64,000 bases of DNA from Candidatus Omnitrophota bacterium (lineage in GTDB: Bacteria; Omnitrophota; Gorgyraeia; Velamenicoccales; JABMQK01). The notes under the pieces were generated by a model. The model was not told the origin of the DNA. It saw only the letters and a list, made by a program, of their open reading frames with translations, and searched no databases. The stretch covers positions 6,032-70,031 of the forward strand of contig JAQTSV010000001.1 in NCBI GenBank assembly GCA_028711115.1, given 5' to 3'. Both the position numbers and the translations under genes were made by a program. Each line of letters opens with the position of its first letter. Position 1 is the first letter of the stretch. Below are positions 1 through 12,000 of this stretch, piece by piece.

Positions 1-3000
1 GCTTATTAAGAGTGAGCTAATTTCATCTCTGTTTGTCAGCGCCATATTCTCTAATTGCTGTATCTGTGCATTGATGTATTCAAATATGGCTTTTGTTCTT
101 TCGTCGCGGAGCCCGTTCTCTGTATTGAATAAAGTTATGCCTGCGCCAACAGAACCTTTTACCAAATCCAAATCTCCGCCTCTGCCTTCTCTTAACTGCG
201 CCATCAAACCTGTCTGCAATTCTATATTGCCAACGCCCGATATAATTCTTTCCACAAAGTTTCGCTGCATTCTATTGTTTAGTCTATTTTCTGAGCCAGC
301 CAACACATCTCTATCAATGCTTGCGCTATAATATGCGGCGCCTAAAATTTCTCTCAACTCTTCCATGCTGTTTGTCGCTAAATCATCTATGGCTATGGGA
401 ATAGTTTTTGTCCCTGTAACTTGCTGATAATTTTCTCTTGCTGTCTGCAGCGCCTGTTGTGCGTCCTGCCAATTAGAGAGCAATTCATTAGGAATATTTG
501 CATAGCGCGGTTCATAAGTATTATATGTAAGGCCTTGTGCCTGCCAAATATCTTTTAATTCCTGCGGTATTTCTCCGCCTTCGAATAACCTTACTCTTAC
601 TGTAGCAGCCAATAAGTCTAAGTAAGCCAGCTTGATCTCTTGTTCTTTTTCTAATTTTGCGCGTTCCAATGTGAGCAGGGCGTTAAAATAATTAAATATG
701 ACGTCATCCATCTCTTTAGATTCTTTGCCGTCTTTGGCGAAAACACCGCTCAGTGTATTCCAGGCCTCGCCGGGCGTGGCTGTGATAGAAGCGACTAATC
801 CGCCTAAGAATCCTCTGTTATTTGCATCACTGTGCTGCAGAAACGCCGACACATTAAAATGATTTTCCTGAAGTTTCTTTAATAATACCTTCCAGCCTTT
901 TTCATCTAATTTAGCCAATCTTTCTTCAAATGCCTTTAATGCTCTATCGACTTCTGGATGCTGAGCGCGATATTCTTTTTCGAATTCTCCGTTATTTAAA
1001 ATCGCCAGCGCGTCTTGTAATGTTGCGGCTTGAGGGCTTGCGTCTCGTTCTCGTTCGCTCATTATATCCACAAGCTGTTGTCTTAAACGCTCGTATGCGT
1101 CTAATTGTGCTCTTTCGTCCTGTATCTTTCTCTGGGCTTTATTTTCCTTATCTAAGTTGGTGTATAATCCTAATCTTAAAGGATTGACTGCTCTGCCGCC
1201 AAACCTGACTTCAAAATGCAAGTGCGCCTCGGTTAGGGCTGCGTTGCCTGTCCTTCCGCTCTTGGCGATTATTTCACCTTTGGTGACTTTTTTGCCTTCC
1301 ACAACTCCTTCTGCGGCATTTGACAAGTGCGCATAAACAGTTACTATGCCGTTACCATGATCAATCTTTACTGTAAAACCATATCCATCTAAATTGCCCA
1401 CAAATGAAACTGTTCCTTCTGCTGCGGCGTAGACATCCGTGCCTTCGCTGGCTCTGATATCAATACCTTCGTGGAAATTCTCCAGCTTGCTTCCCGCCGG
1501 GCGCTGCCTGAATCCGTATCTGGCAATTATGTTATTCTCTATGTCGCTGCCTGAAATCGGGAATATGGCGTCTAAATCATTCCAAGATTGTGAATAATTT
1601 CCGCTGACCGCAACTTCTTCTGACTGCTGGGTATTCCAATTAGCATCTGTCTTTGCCTGTAGCACACCATATAAATAATTGGCTGTATTTTCGTTCCATT
1701 CGCCTGTTATAGGCAGCCCATTTTCTTTTTGGAACCGCTGGATAAGCGCTTTGGTATTTTCTAAATATGCGATTAAGCTGTTGTCTTTGTTTGCGTCGTA
1801 ACCTTGGTTATCTATTACTTTATAACCTAATATATCCAAAAATTTTCTATAGAATACCGCCATTTCTTTTTCGGCAAGTTTCTCTTCGACTTTCTTTGCT
1901 GTCTGCTCATTCCATCTGCCTGTAACATCTATACCTAAATTCTTTTGCAGCTCGCTGATTATGTCTCTCATCTTGCCAGTAAACACATTATCTAATTGTG
2001 GATAACCAAAGTTTTCTCTTGCCTGAGCAACGCCAAGGACTATTAACAAGTTATAAATTCTGGAAACACGAGAATCAACGTCGCCTATGCCTAAATCTAT
2101 TGCATCCAAGCCGTACATTGTGGACCTGGCCGAGCTTACGGATAATTCGCGCTCCTTTTGTTCCTGTATTTTATATTTAGCCACTAATTCGGCTAATTTC
2201 TTTTCTCTTTCGCCTTCGCTATACTTGCTTTGCCTTATATCTTCTATTGCTCTCCTTATCTCAGTTAATTCTTTACGGATAGCTTCCTGCTCATCTGATA
2301 ATTTCTTGCGCGCTTCTTGTGTTTGGTCTTTCTCTTTATTATCTTTACCCTGGAACTCATTATCTAACCCCTGCAGGACATCTCGGTTATTGCTTAATAA
2401 TTCATTCAATGCCTCTATGACAACTTGTATGCCCACTTCCTTGCTCTTCAAATATCCCAGATGGGCATTAATTCTGTCTACTTCGAATGCGGAAAATTCC
2501 TGTGAATATTTTTCTAAAGTATTTATAAGTATATCAACATCAACCTGATAGTCATAATCTTTGGCAGCGGAAACGATATTTAATACGCTAATTACATATT
2601 CCAAATAATCGCTAAGATCTCTTGCCTGTTCAATCTTATTCAATAACTCCTTCGTAGGTAAACCCTGACCTTCCCTTATGCGCGAAATAAGCTCTGAAAG
2701 AGTTAAGTCTCTCAACTGTTTATTCCTATCTTCTGCGACAGCCCGGGAAATTGCGTATTTAATGCCTTCTAATTCTACCTTATCTTTCACTGTTTCTTCA
2801 GCTTTGCCTTGCGCAATCTTTAACTGTAAAACTAAAATGTGTAATATCTGTTCTTTTGTCTTCTTGCCTATTTCGATGCCGTTGTTATCGCCTTCGGGAA
2901 TATTAAATGCCCTTGTTAAAATAAGCAGCGCGTCCCGGATTTCCTTATCGCTGAATAACTCAACACCGGATAAATCCATACCGCCCTGAATCATCCTTAT

Positions 3001-6000
3001 AAACTGCTGCATCTTATCCTGCGATTGCTCTAATACGCCGATGCTTCTTAATGCCGCGACAAGATATTCTCTTTCGACTTCCGGCTGCTTAATTCTCTCT
3101 ATAAGATATTCGGACTGCATATTCCTTAGCTGGGTTCTTGCCTGGGAAATTTCTGCGTTTAATTTATTTACTTTATCTAGTTTTTGTTTTAACGCTTCGC
3201 TATCCTGCGGATTAACAACAGTCTTGTTTAATTGCGTTAATTCTTTCTCCTTATCGCTAATAAACTTCTTCTTTTCTGCTATTTGCCTGCTGGCATCATC
3301 TGCTGGCTCGTTTTGCTGTGGCTCTGAAACATCCAATGTTTCTCTGTTGCTGCGGTTATTATTAACCATCTCTCTAACTTTGCTTTCTAAGTTGCTAACA
3401 TCGGTGTTTGCTTTATTTTTATCTGCTAGATAGCCTTTTAATTTAACCTCCAGCTCATGAATTCTCTGTTTTTCTTCCGGCGTAACATCAACTTTTGTTA
3501 TTAATCTTATGTATTCTTCTGTCTCCGGAATATGATTTATGGCAGCTTTATTTATTTCTATTCTTGCCTTGGCAATAACTATCTTCTCATTAACCAATTC
3601 TAATAATTCCTTGATTAATTCCTTTATTTCTGCGGATGTAGGTTCTGCTGAGGTGGCGGTATAGTTATGTCTCTTTCTAAAAGCATCAAGTCCTTTTTTC
3701 ATATCTTTGTCTTGCGGCTTAGCGTCGCCTAATGCGCGCAACATAGTCAGTATTTCACCTACGTTCAGCTGCGGATTGGTTTCATTCTGCAATTTCTCTA
3801 ACCGCGCTTTTTCTTTATCCAATTCTTTAGAAATACGTTCTTGTTCTGCAATGCCTAACTCTGCCTTCAGGCGTTCAATCTGCATTTCCATATCCAATAT
3901 CTTTGCATCAGCTTTACCAGATGTGGTTTCTTCTGCCTGCGCAGACTGAAGATCAAATTCAATAACCTTCTTCATTCTCTTAATCCTTGCTTCCTCTAAA
4001 GTGATACCTTCGTGCTGCGCCGACTGGATGTCTCTTATATCGCCTTCGCCGCCAAGCAAACTATAAATCCCCTGGCTGAATATTCCCTGGCTGGCAACTG
4101 GATTCATGCCTGTGGCCAATCCGTATAATCCTTCAAAAGAACCGATAACTTCATTACCAATTCCTATGATAGAACCTTGTACGGCTGTATCGGCAGCTCC
4201 CTGCAGCGTATTCTTGCCGCCTTCGAATGCGTGGGCGATGTTACTTATGGGCTCAAAAAATTGGCCGACTTCAGGAATTTCCACAAGATAATCTGCGCTG
4301 TTTGTAATGGCGCTGATTTCCGTTCCGATTATATACATTCCGCCGAAGCTCCTCCATGACTGGCCGGCAAAGTGCAAATAAATCTTTAAATAAATATTTT
4401 TTGTGAATAATTTTATCTTCGCATAATTTCCTAAAATAAATGCCAAGCCTGCAATTACAGGTATGGCTAAAACTATGATTCCCAACACAGGAGAAATAAC
4501 CCAGGCCTTTGCAGCTAATAATGGCAGGGCGAATGTGGCTAAATTGGCGAATGTAATAATCATCGGCTTTGTCTTATATGCAAACCTTGCCTTTCTTTGC
4601 GCGTCCTTTGATTTCATCTTAATTACAATCGGCTCATCTTTATTTTCATTTAATTCATTGAGTTCCTCTAATAATTTAGTGCGTATAGCCTTAATTAATG
4701 CCGGCTTAAACCTGGACTTGATTAAACCCAGCTCGTATAAATTCTTTATTGTATCCAATACTTTCTGTTTTTCTGCCGCGTCTTTATATTCCCTGGTAAG
4801 GGCTATGTAGATATCCGTTAGCTTCATACTGAAGCCGCCTACCATTTGTTTGGCCATAGCATATTTGGCAGGAATGCCGATTACCATATAACCTAAAACA
4901 ATAAGCAGCACTCTTAAAATTTGCCCTTGTGTATGCTGTATGCCTAAATTGCTTAATAAAGTTAAATTCTCCTGGCTTAAATGCATCCAGGCAATCAAAG
5001 ATTCTTTTACGTAAAATCCTAATACGCTGCCTAATATACCGGCAAACCCTACGCCTATTGCCGCGATTAAGATTCTTGCAAAATACAATCCGATGTAACC
5101 CGATAAGACTGGGTTATTGATGATAAATTTTTCTCTTCCTGCGCCCCTTATCTTAACTCCTGACTTTACGAGCTGATCATAAGCCTCCGCTTCGTCTTTT
5201 ATCTTTTGATAAAGTGTTGCATTGAGAAGATTATGGTCGTATGGCAACGCGGCTTTTGCCTTGGTGTATTCTACGGCGATGTCGCCTGCCTTGGTATTTG
5301 CCTCCTGCCTGTCCATAAAGAAGTTCCAGAATACTGAAACTAGATATCCGCCGAACACGCTCATAAATAATCCCAGGATTATAGCTGTAAATGTTATGTT
5401 TATCGCAGGAACAGTCACTATCACGAAGGCAGATATGGCCATCCAGATGTAGGTCTCGTAGGAAGCCAAAACTTTCCTAGGTTTAAAATAATCAATTATA
5501 GAATGCCTGTTCTGATTTCTTAAATCTCTGCGTATTCTGCCAAAAGCCCAGTATTCGGCAGGCGTGAAATTGGGTTTAAAGCCTAATCTTTTCTTAAGAC
5601 TATTGGTTATATAGGCGACTTTACCTTTTGCCAGCCTTCTTACGCTCACTACATTGTGGAATAATGACCAGGCAATAATTAAACCAACAAAAGAGTATAT
5701 TGCTGTATATACAAGTGGCACTAATAATGGCGAAATTCCCCAGCCCGCAACATTCAAAGCAGGAATCATTGTAAATAAATATGTAGAAATAATGACGAGT
5801 GTCAATAAGAATGCCACAACATAGCCGGAAGATAATATTGTGCCGAGTTTGGTATTCTTTATGGAAGGAGCGTTCTTTATGGCGGGAATCTTGGAAACTA
5901 ACTTTAATATCAATGTAGCTAAAGTCGAAATTGCAGCCAAGAGTATTGCCGGATGTTCACTGAATAACGCAATTAACAATTCCATAACCAAAGCTGGGGT

Positions 6001-9000
6001 TAAATTACTAGTAAGAGGAAGTAATACTAAAATAATTACGAAAAAGATTCGTAGCGCTAATTTATGAGAAGATAAAACTGAAGATTTAGGCGTAGTCTTT
6101 GTTGAATCTGTTGTATTGTCATCGGATATCGGGCTGCTGGAAATTCCTGTCTTTTCGGCTGACAGGCCTGCCTCCTTCACCGCCCTTGTCTGACTGACAT
6201 TGCCAATGCCGGCAATTTGGCTCAAATCTTGTTTAGTCATATTAAACGCAGCAATCGGGCTGGAGGATTCTCTCTCAATGCGTTCTTCTTGCATAACTAA
6301 TCTTACCGTGTGTATCTGGCCTAATTCTAAATTTGCTTTAGCCAATCTGTCATTTATTCCCAATAGATCAAATGAAACCTCAATGACTTGAGCAATAATT
6401 CCTGTGGCGATATCGAAAACAAATGTTTCATGTCTTTTTAATAATTTTAATTCTCTCGCCCTTTCTCGCATAATCATACCAGCCGTGATCACGTTAGGAT
6501 TCAATTCAAGGCTAAACTTTCTGATTACTTCTTCAATATGCCTTAATTCTAACAGACCGCTTAAAGGAGTTGTCCAGCCTCTTACTTTATCATTCAATGG
6601 CAAGCCTTTTGACTGCTCAAAAGCTTCTCCGCACTTTGCAATGAGGGCACGGTCACTTAATTCTCCACCGATCAATTCAGCAAGTGCTGTTTCAAATGCT
6701 GGTATTGGTGAACCATCCGGCATCCTTACAATAGTATCGCTATAGTCAGCAACAGCAAGTGCCCTGGGGCTCAAATGCTTTGTTTGAGGATGTGCGTTTT
6801 GGAGTTGGCTGCGGACTAACTGTTCGCTAAATGCATCTCCTTCTACATTAACTAAGAGCTGATTTTCAAACCATTTCACCATCCTGTTATCGCCTAAAAC
6901 CCATGTTCCAGGCGCATATGCTTTTGACCCTACAGTAGCAAGAGGATTATTCGTTTCTATTATTTCTCCTGTGAATATAAACCGTTTTTGTATCGGGCTA
7001 GAGGAAATTCCAACCCCATCCAGAGACCCAGCAACAGCGGGGGTGGTGCTGTTTCTCTGCCAAGCCTCTGGATTGGTTTGTATACCTATCTCTACTTCCT
7101 TCCTGCCACGGTAGGATGAGATAGGTGACGAAGAAATTCTATATCCGGATAATATAGCTTTAAACACAAGCCACACAATCGCCTTGTTGACATCATCATA
7201 TTCATTTATACGATTAAGCCATTGTATTGCCTCATCTGATGTTTTTGTAAATACCACTATTGTTTGCGGAGTATCTTTAGAATCTAAACTACGGATAATT
7301 TCATTGTTTACAAAATCATAAACTTCAAAATTTAAATTGCGGTATCTTTGTAATTCTTCGATATAAGCGCGGCGGCTGGCTTCTCTTAATGTGTAGAATT
7401 CATTGGTGGCTTCCATAGGAACAAATATTATGGTGCGTCTTTTTGCCTGGAACATATCGGACACTATCTGCCTGAATGTCTGATAGTGGCATACGCCAAA
7501 AGCGCCGCCTGTGACAACGAAAATATCGCCGGCTTCTAACATTGTTACCTGGGCCTGGCCTTCCACTAAACCGGCCTGTGAATGATAGGCAAATGTTCCT
7601 TTTCTTGTTTCATCTTGGCGCGGATAATTTGTGCCTGCGCTTATGGAATTAAGGGCAATCCTTCTGTCAATTATTTCGCTGTAATATAACGGGTCTATAC
7701 CTTCAGCCATTTTCTCATGAATCTTTGATTCGGTATTGCCGACATGGGTAATTGCGAGCGTGGATTCAGGATTTGATCCAGCCACCAAGAACTCAATAAT
7801 GCGGTTTATGAACTGCGCATTCATACTTACTAAATCCAGAGGGCTGCTGGAGGGGGTATTGCCAACAGCCAATTTCTCTGGATAAGTTTGCTCCTCTGCA
7901 CCTGCCACGGTAGGCGAGGAGCTGGTTTGTTCATTATTTATAATTCTATATCTGATCGGGGACGAAGCCCGGGATGTTCTTTTTAATTCACGTTGCAATG
8001 GTTGATCTTTCTTGCTTAAATATGCCAATCTATTCATTATCTCCATAGCTGATATTCGACCTTGAGTCACTACTTCTAAATTGGCAACTTCCTCGTCTAC
8101 TCCGGTAAGCGCTGCGCTAAGCAGGAATCCGTTTACAAAATTTAGTTTTCTCTGCAAGTTCCACCTTCTCCATAATGTATCAGCTGCCTCTATTACCTGT
8201 TTCTTCATATTTGATGGGCTGGAGCTGGTTCTTGTCTCTTTCACATCCATAGTGCTGCTGGAGGGGGTATTGCCAGCAGCACTTGGATTTTTATATGTTG
8301 CTCTGAAAGCACCTGCCACGGTAGGCCTCAAAGCAACCTGTGAATAAAATCTATCTGTTAAATTATTATTATTGATAATTACGGGTGAGGATATTGACGT
8401 GTCTATATTTGTCTGACGACCTGGCTCCTGTTTCAGGATGGGCGATGAGCCAGCCGCCATAATCGGAGTTGGCGCCAATCCTGTGCGAAGTGTCTGGGCT
8501 AAAGAAGCAATTACAGGGCTGTGATTTATGTTAAACTGCTCATCTATTGTCAAAACTCTTTCGCTTAAAGACGTAACGGAATTTACAGTAATCGGCGAAG
8601 AAGATCTTCCTCTGCCTGTGAATCCCGTGCTTCTGGCATTTCTTCTATTATTCCTGCCAGACATTTTGATAACAACTTTGGATGCTACTCTAATAATTCC
8701 TAAAACAACTTTCACTATACCTATAATAGAAACCAGCGTGATAACTGCCAAGTGCGTTACTGCACCTTGCCTTTTCTCAAAGTTTCCATGTATTGCCCTT
8801 TGCACAAATTTTGTTTCTCCCAAAACTTTTGCCGTTAACTTTGCCCTGAAAATTTCCAAGCGGCTCAAGCCTGAATATAGTCTGTATCTTATATGACCGT
8901 CGCCAGGGATTTTTAACCTTATTTCCCGCTTGCGCGCATAAAGCCTGTAAGCAGAATACAATCCTAAGATAACAAGTGCTCCCGCTGCAAAGAACTCAGC

Positions 9001-12000
9001 TATCCTCTCGCCTATTGTCATCATCATTCTATGCCTTGCCTGACGTTCTGCCTGTTGTATTGTTTCCTGCGATTGTGTATATTCACTATGAGACTTTTCT
9101 ATTTCTCTTTTTACCAATTCAGAAATTAGTTCGCCGTTTAACAAATATCCTCTTTCTTGTAAATGCGCGGTGAGTTCATTTAATTTTTCATTCCTGTAAG
9201 CATATTGTTCCGGATTATTTCTTATATTCAATGCCTCCTGGGCAAGCAGCCTGTATGTGTCTGGTGAAACATTCTGATCAAAGATAGGTAATACCCAATC
9301 GCTTGCACCATAACCATAGAGGTATTTCTCGACATAACCTTCGCTTAGGAAGAAAGCCAATAAAGAAGCCAGTTTATAGTCAAAAACCTGGCTTTCACGC
9401 GGATTGTCGTGTTCAATAAGCCTGAAATAAACTCTCTTTCTGCCTACGATTTCTAATCTGGAATTACGTTCCGTTAAAAGCTCATAACGCAACTTATCTT
9501 GTTCTGCATTGACAATACCTTTATATAATGCCAGAAACTCCAGACGTTTCCTCATATAGTTAATAGGCTCGGCGAGCCTCTTTCCTTTTTCAGTCTTGAT
9601 ATTCTTGGTCCATTCTATGTTTCCGTTGAATCTCGCAATCGCCCTGTCCACATTTGTGGTGCCGCAGTTGTACGCGGCGATAGTGGCCAAAGCCACGTCA
9701 AATCCATTGCCGTGCAGGCTGGCATAATCCAAAGTCTTGTCGGTTAACTGAGAACCAACCAAGACTTTCCTGCTATACCTGTCCCAGAGATACCACAAAT
9801 AGCTGTAGCCGATTCTCTGGTTATATAATTTATCGGTTTCGATTCTGCCGGTTCTTCTTTCTTGTTTCTTTGCCTTTTTGGTACCGGCAATGTATTCCTG
9901 GAGAGCGGCTTTTTTCTGTTTATTATCCAGTGTATGGTTATTATAAATCATTTCTACAATATCTCTGCCGATATTATCCCTGAATACCTTCATTCTTTGT
10001 ATATCTCTCGGGATCATTGCTATTGCTTCTGCGAAACTGGCCGGGCTAAATCCTGTATTGGGATTGGCCCTTACAAGCCCTTCGGGAATATTCTCCAACA
10101 TCTTTTCTATTGCTGCTTTTTCTTCAGCACCTGCCTTTAACCAAGCCGCAGCCAAGACATAATAGAGATTTACTCCCACAAGATTTTTGTCATCAATTAT
10201 CCTGCTATTTATTCTTCTCATCGCCTTTTGTTTATTGCCCGTATTATTGTACAATTTTATTAAATCTGCGATAACCTGATTACCTATATATCCTCTATCT
10301 GTCTCTTCTTCGCCCGCAAGCGAACCTACCCTTAATAATATGTCAAACAACATATTCACCATATGGTCTACAGCGTAATGCGGTACAACCTGGGTTGTCC
10401 CCAGGGCGCCTCTATAGGAAGTCACGACCAAAATCCTTCCCCATTTATCCAGCTGGAATTGCCTGAAGGCGGATTCGATATAATTCATCGACTCGGCCAA
10501 GTGCATAAATTCTTGTGATGCACCTGTTGCCGCCACAAATCTCTCTAATTCTTTGTATGTCAGGGTCTTGGTCCATTCTTGGATATCAGAAGGAACTGCG
10601 GAGAAGGATATCTTGGATATCTGCCGGTCTAATAATTCGTCCAATTTCTTTGCATCCTGTTCGTGCTCGCCGATTAATAATCTGATGTATAATTTACCTT
10701 CTCTTTCTTCAAAATCGACGAATTCAGCCAAACCATTTTCAGTTAAAACGCTTATTAATGTATCGTAATTTTGGGATCCTATAAATTGTTTCTCATCCGT
10801 AAATCCACGCACCTCTGCGCGCAAATCTGTGGGGTTCTCAAAGAATGTCGGCTGCGATGGCTGAGGCATAGTTGCCTTATGCTCAATTTGCCTACAGCTA
10901 TTCAAAGCCATAGCCAAAACTATAACTAATAATAAACTCCTGACCAACGGTGTCTTTCTAAACACCTCTAACGGCGAGGAAGCAGTCGCGCCTTCAAATC
11001 TTGCGCGATTGTCTCGGATGTATTGTAAAGAAGGTGCGACATACGGATGACTGATTTCTTGTTCCGGCATACGCTTTAACATCTCATCTAATAATTTCAA
11101 ACTAATCTTAATAACATCCAAGCGTTCATTTTCTTTCATCAATAACTCTAAATCCCTAATCATTCCAGCCCTGAAACTATCAAGTTCTTTTCCTTTTGTG
11201 AGCTCCTCAAGATATGACTCTCTGCCAAATGCCTCTAACACAGCCAAGGCAACATCCATTCTTGTTACTGTGAACTCTAATTCTGGGTATTGAGCCTCTA
11301 CTCCGTTGCTGGCTTCTCTACAGCCCTCTCCGGCTCCGATCAAACCAACCAGGAGCGCTGTAATAAAAATATCAAGATTAAATGGCTCGACGTTTCCAAA
11401 ATCAATAATTACTGCCTCATCTGTTGACTCGTTTGTTAATATGTTCATCGGCGTAGGATCTAAAATGAATTCTGACCCTTGCAGTTCTTTTACAATGGAA
11501 GCATAAACCTTAACCGCGTGGTAAAATAGTTTTAACCATCGTTCTTTTCTATCTTTAAGTTCTTCTCCTGCTCGAGGCTGCATTAACTTATCTAATCTGG
11601 GGAACTTTATATAGGCCTCTGTCCACATACCCTCCTGCCCTTTTTCTCTTTCTATAATCAAGGAGGCAGACCTAAGGGCTGTGGGCCGAGATGAAAGTAT
11701 CATATGCCTAAGGACTTCTCTGTTTAAACTTGACCACTTCCAATCCTGCCTTCTTACCACGCTATGTCTTATTGGCTTTACTACAAATTTGTATGTGGTG
11801 ATTTTTCCATTGATAAGAGCATCGACTTCCACCAAGAATACTGTCTTAAAAGCACCTTCATCTAAAAATCTTATCCTGGAACTAACCATTTGTTCCAATG
11901 TTAACCTGACATTATGTTCAATGAAGATAGTCTTTCTGGCCAGGGCATTTTCAGCCATATGTCTCAATATATATCTCCTTGCCCGCATGTAATCTTCTTT

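Noticed and set aside
6900-7830. Possible isochorismatase/cysteine-hydrolase-like module in the giant protein (..RKGTFAYHS..GDIFVVTGGAFGVCHYQTFRQ..).
   Set aside because: Only the K...G..t..C segment resembles the family, and the expected N-terminal Asp motif is not evident. This is too weak to call without a profile search.
7102-8327. The 14-mer cctgccacggtagg occurs three times (7102, 7901, ~8310), once in a different reading frame. Its 11-nt core also occurs in the pstS-pstC hairpin (47351-47361).
   Set aside because: Two copies are explained by the duplicated PTVAGA...GNTPSSS linker. The out-of-frame copy and the intergenic core could be chance or relics. I cannot assess significance without a k-mer count, and no consistent flanking structure was seen.
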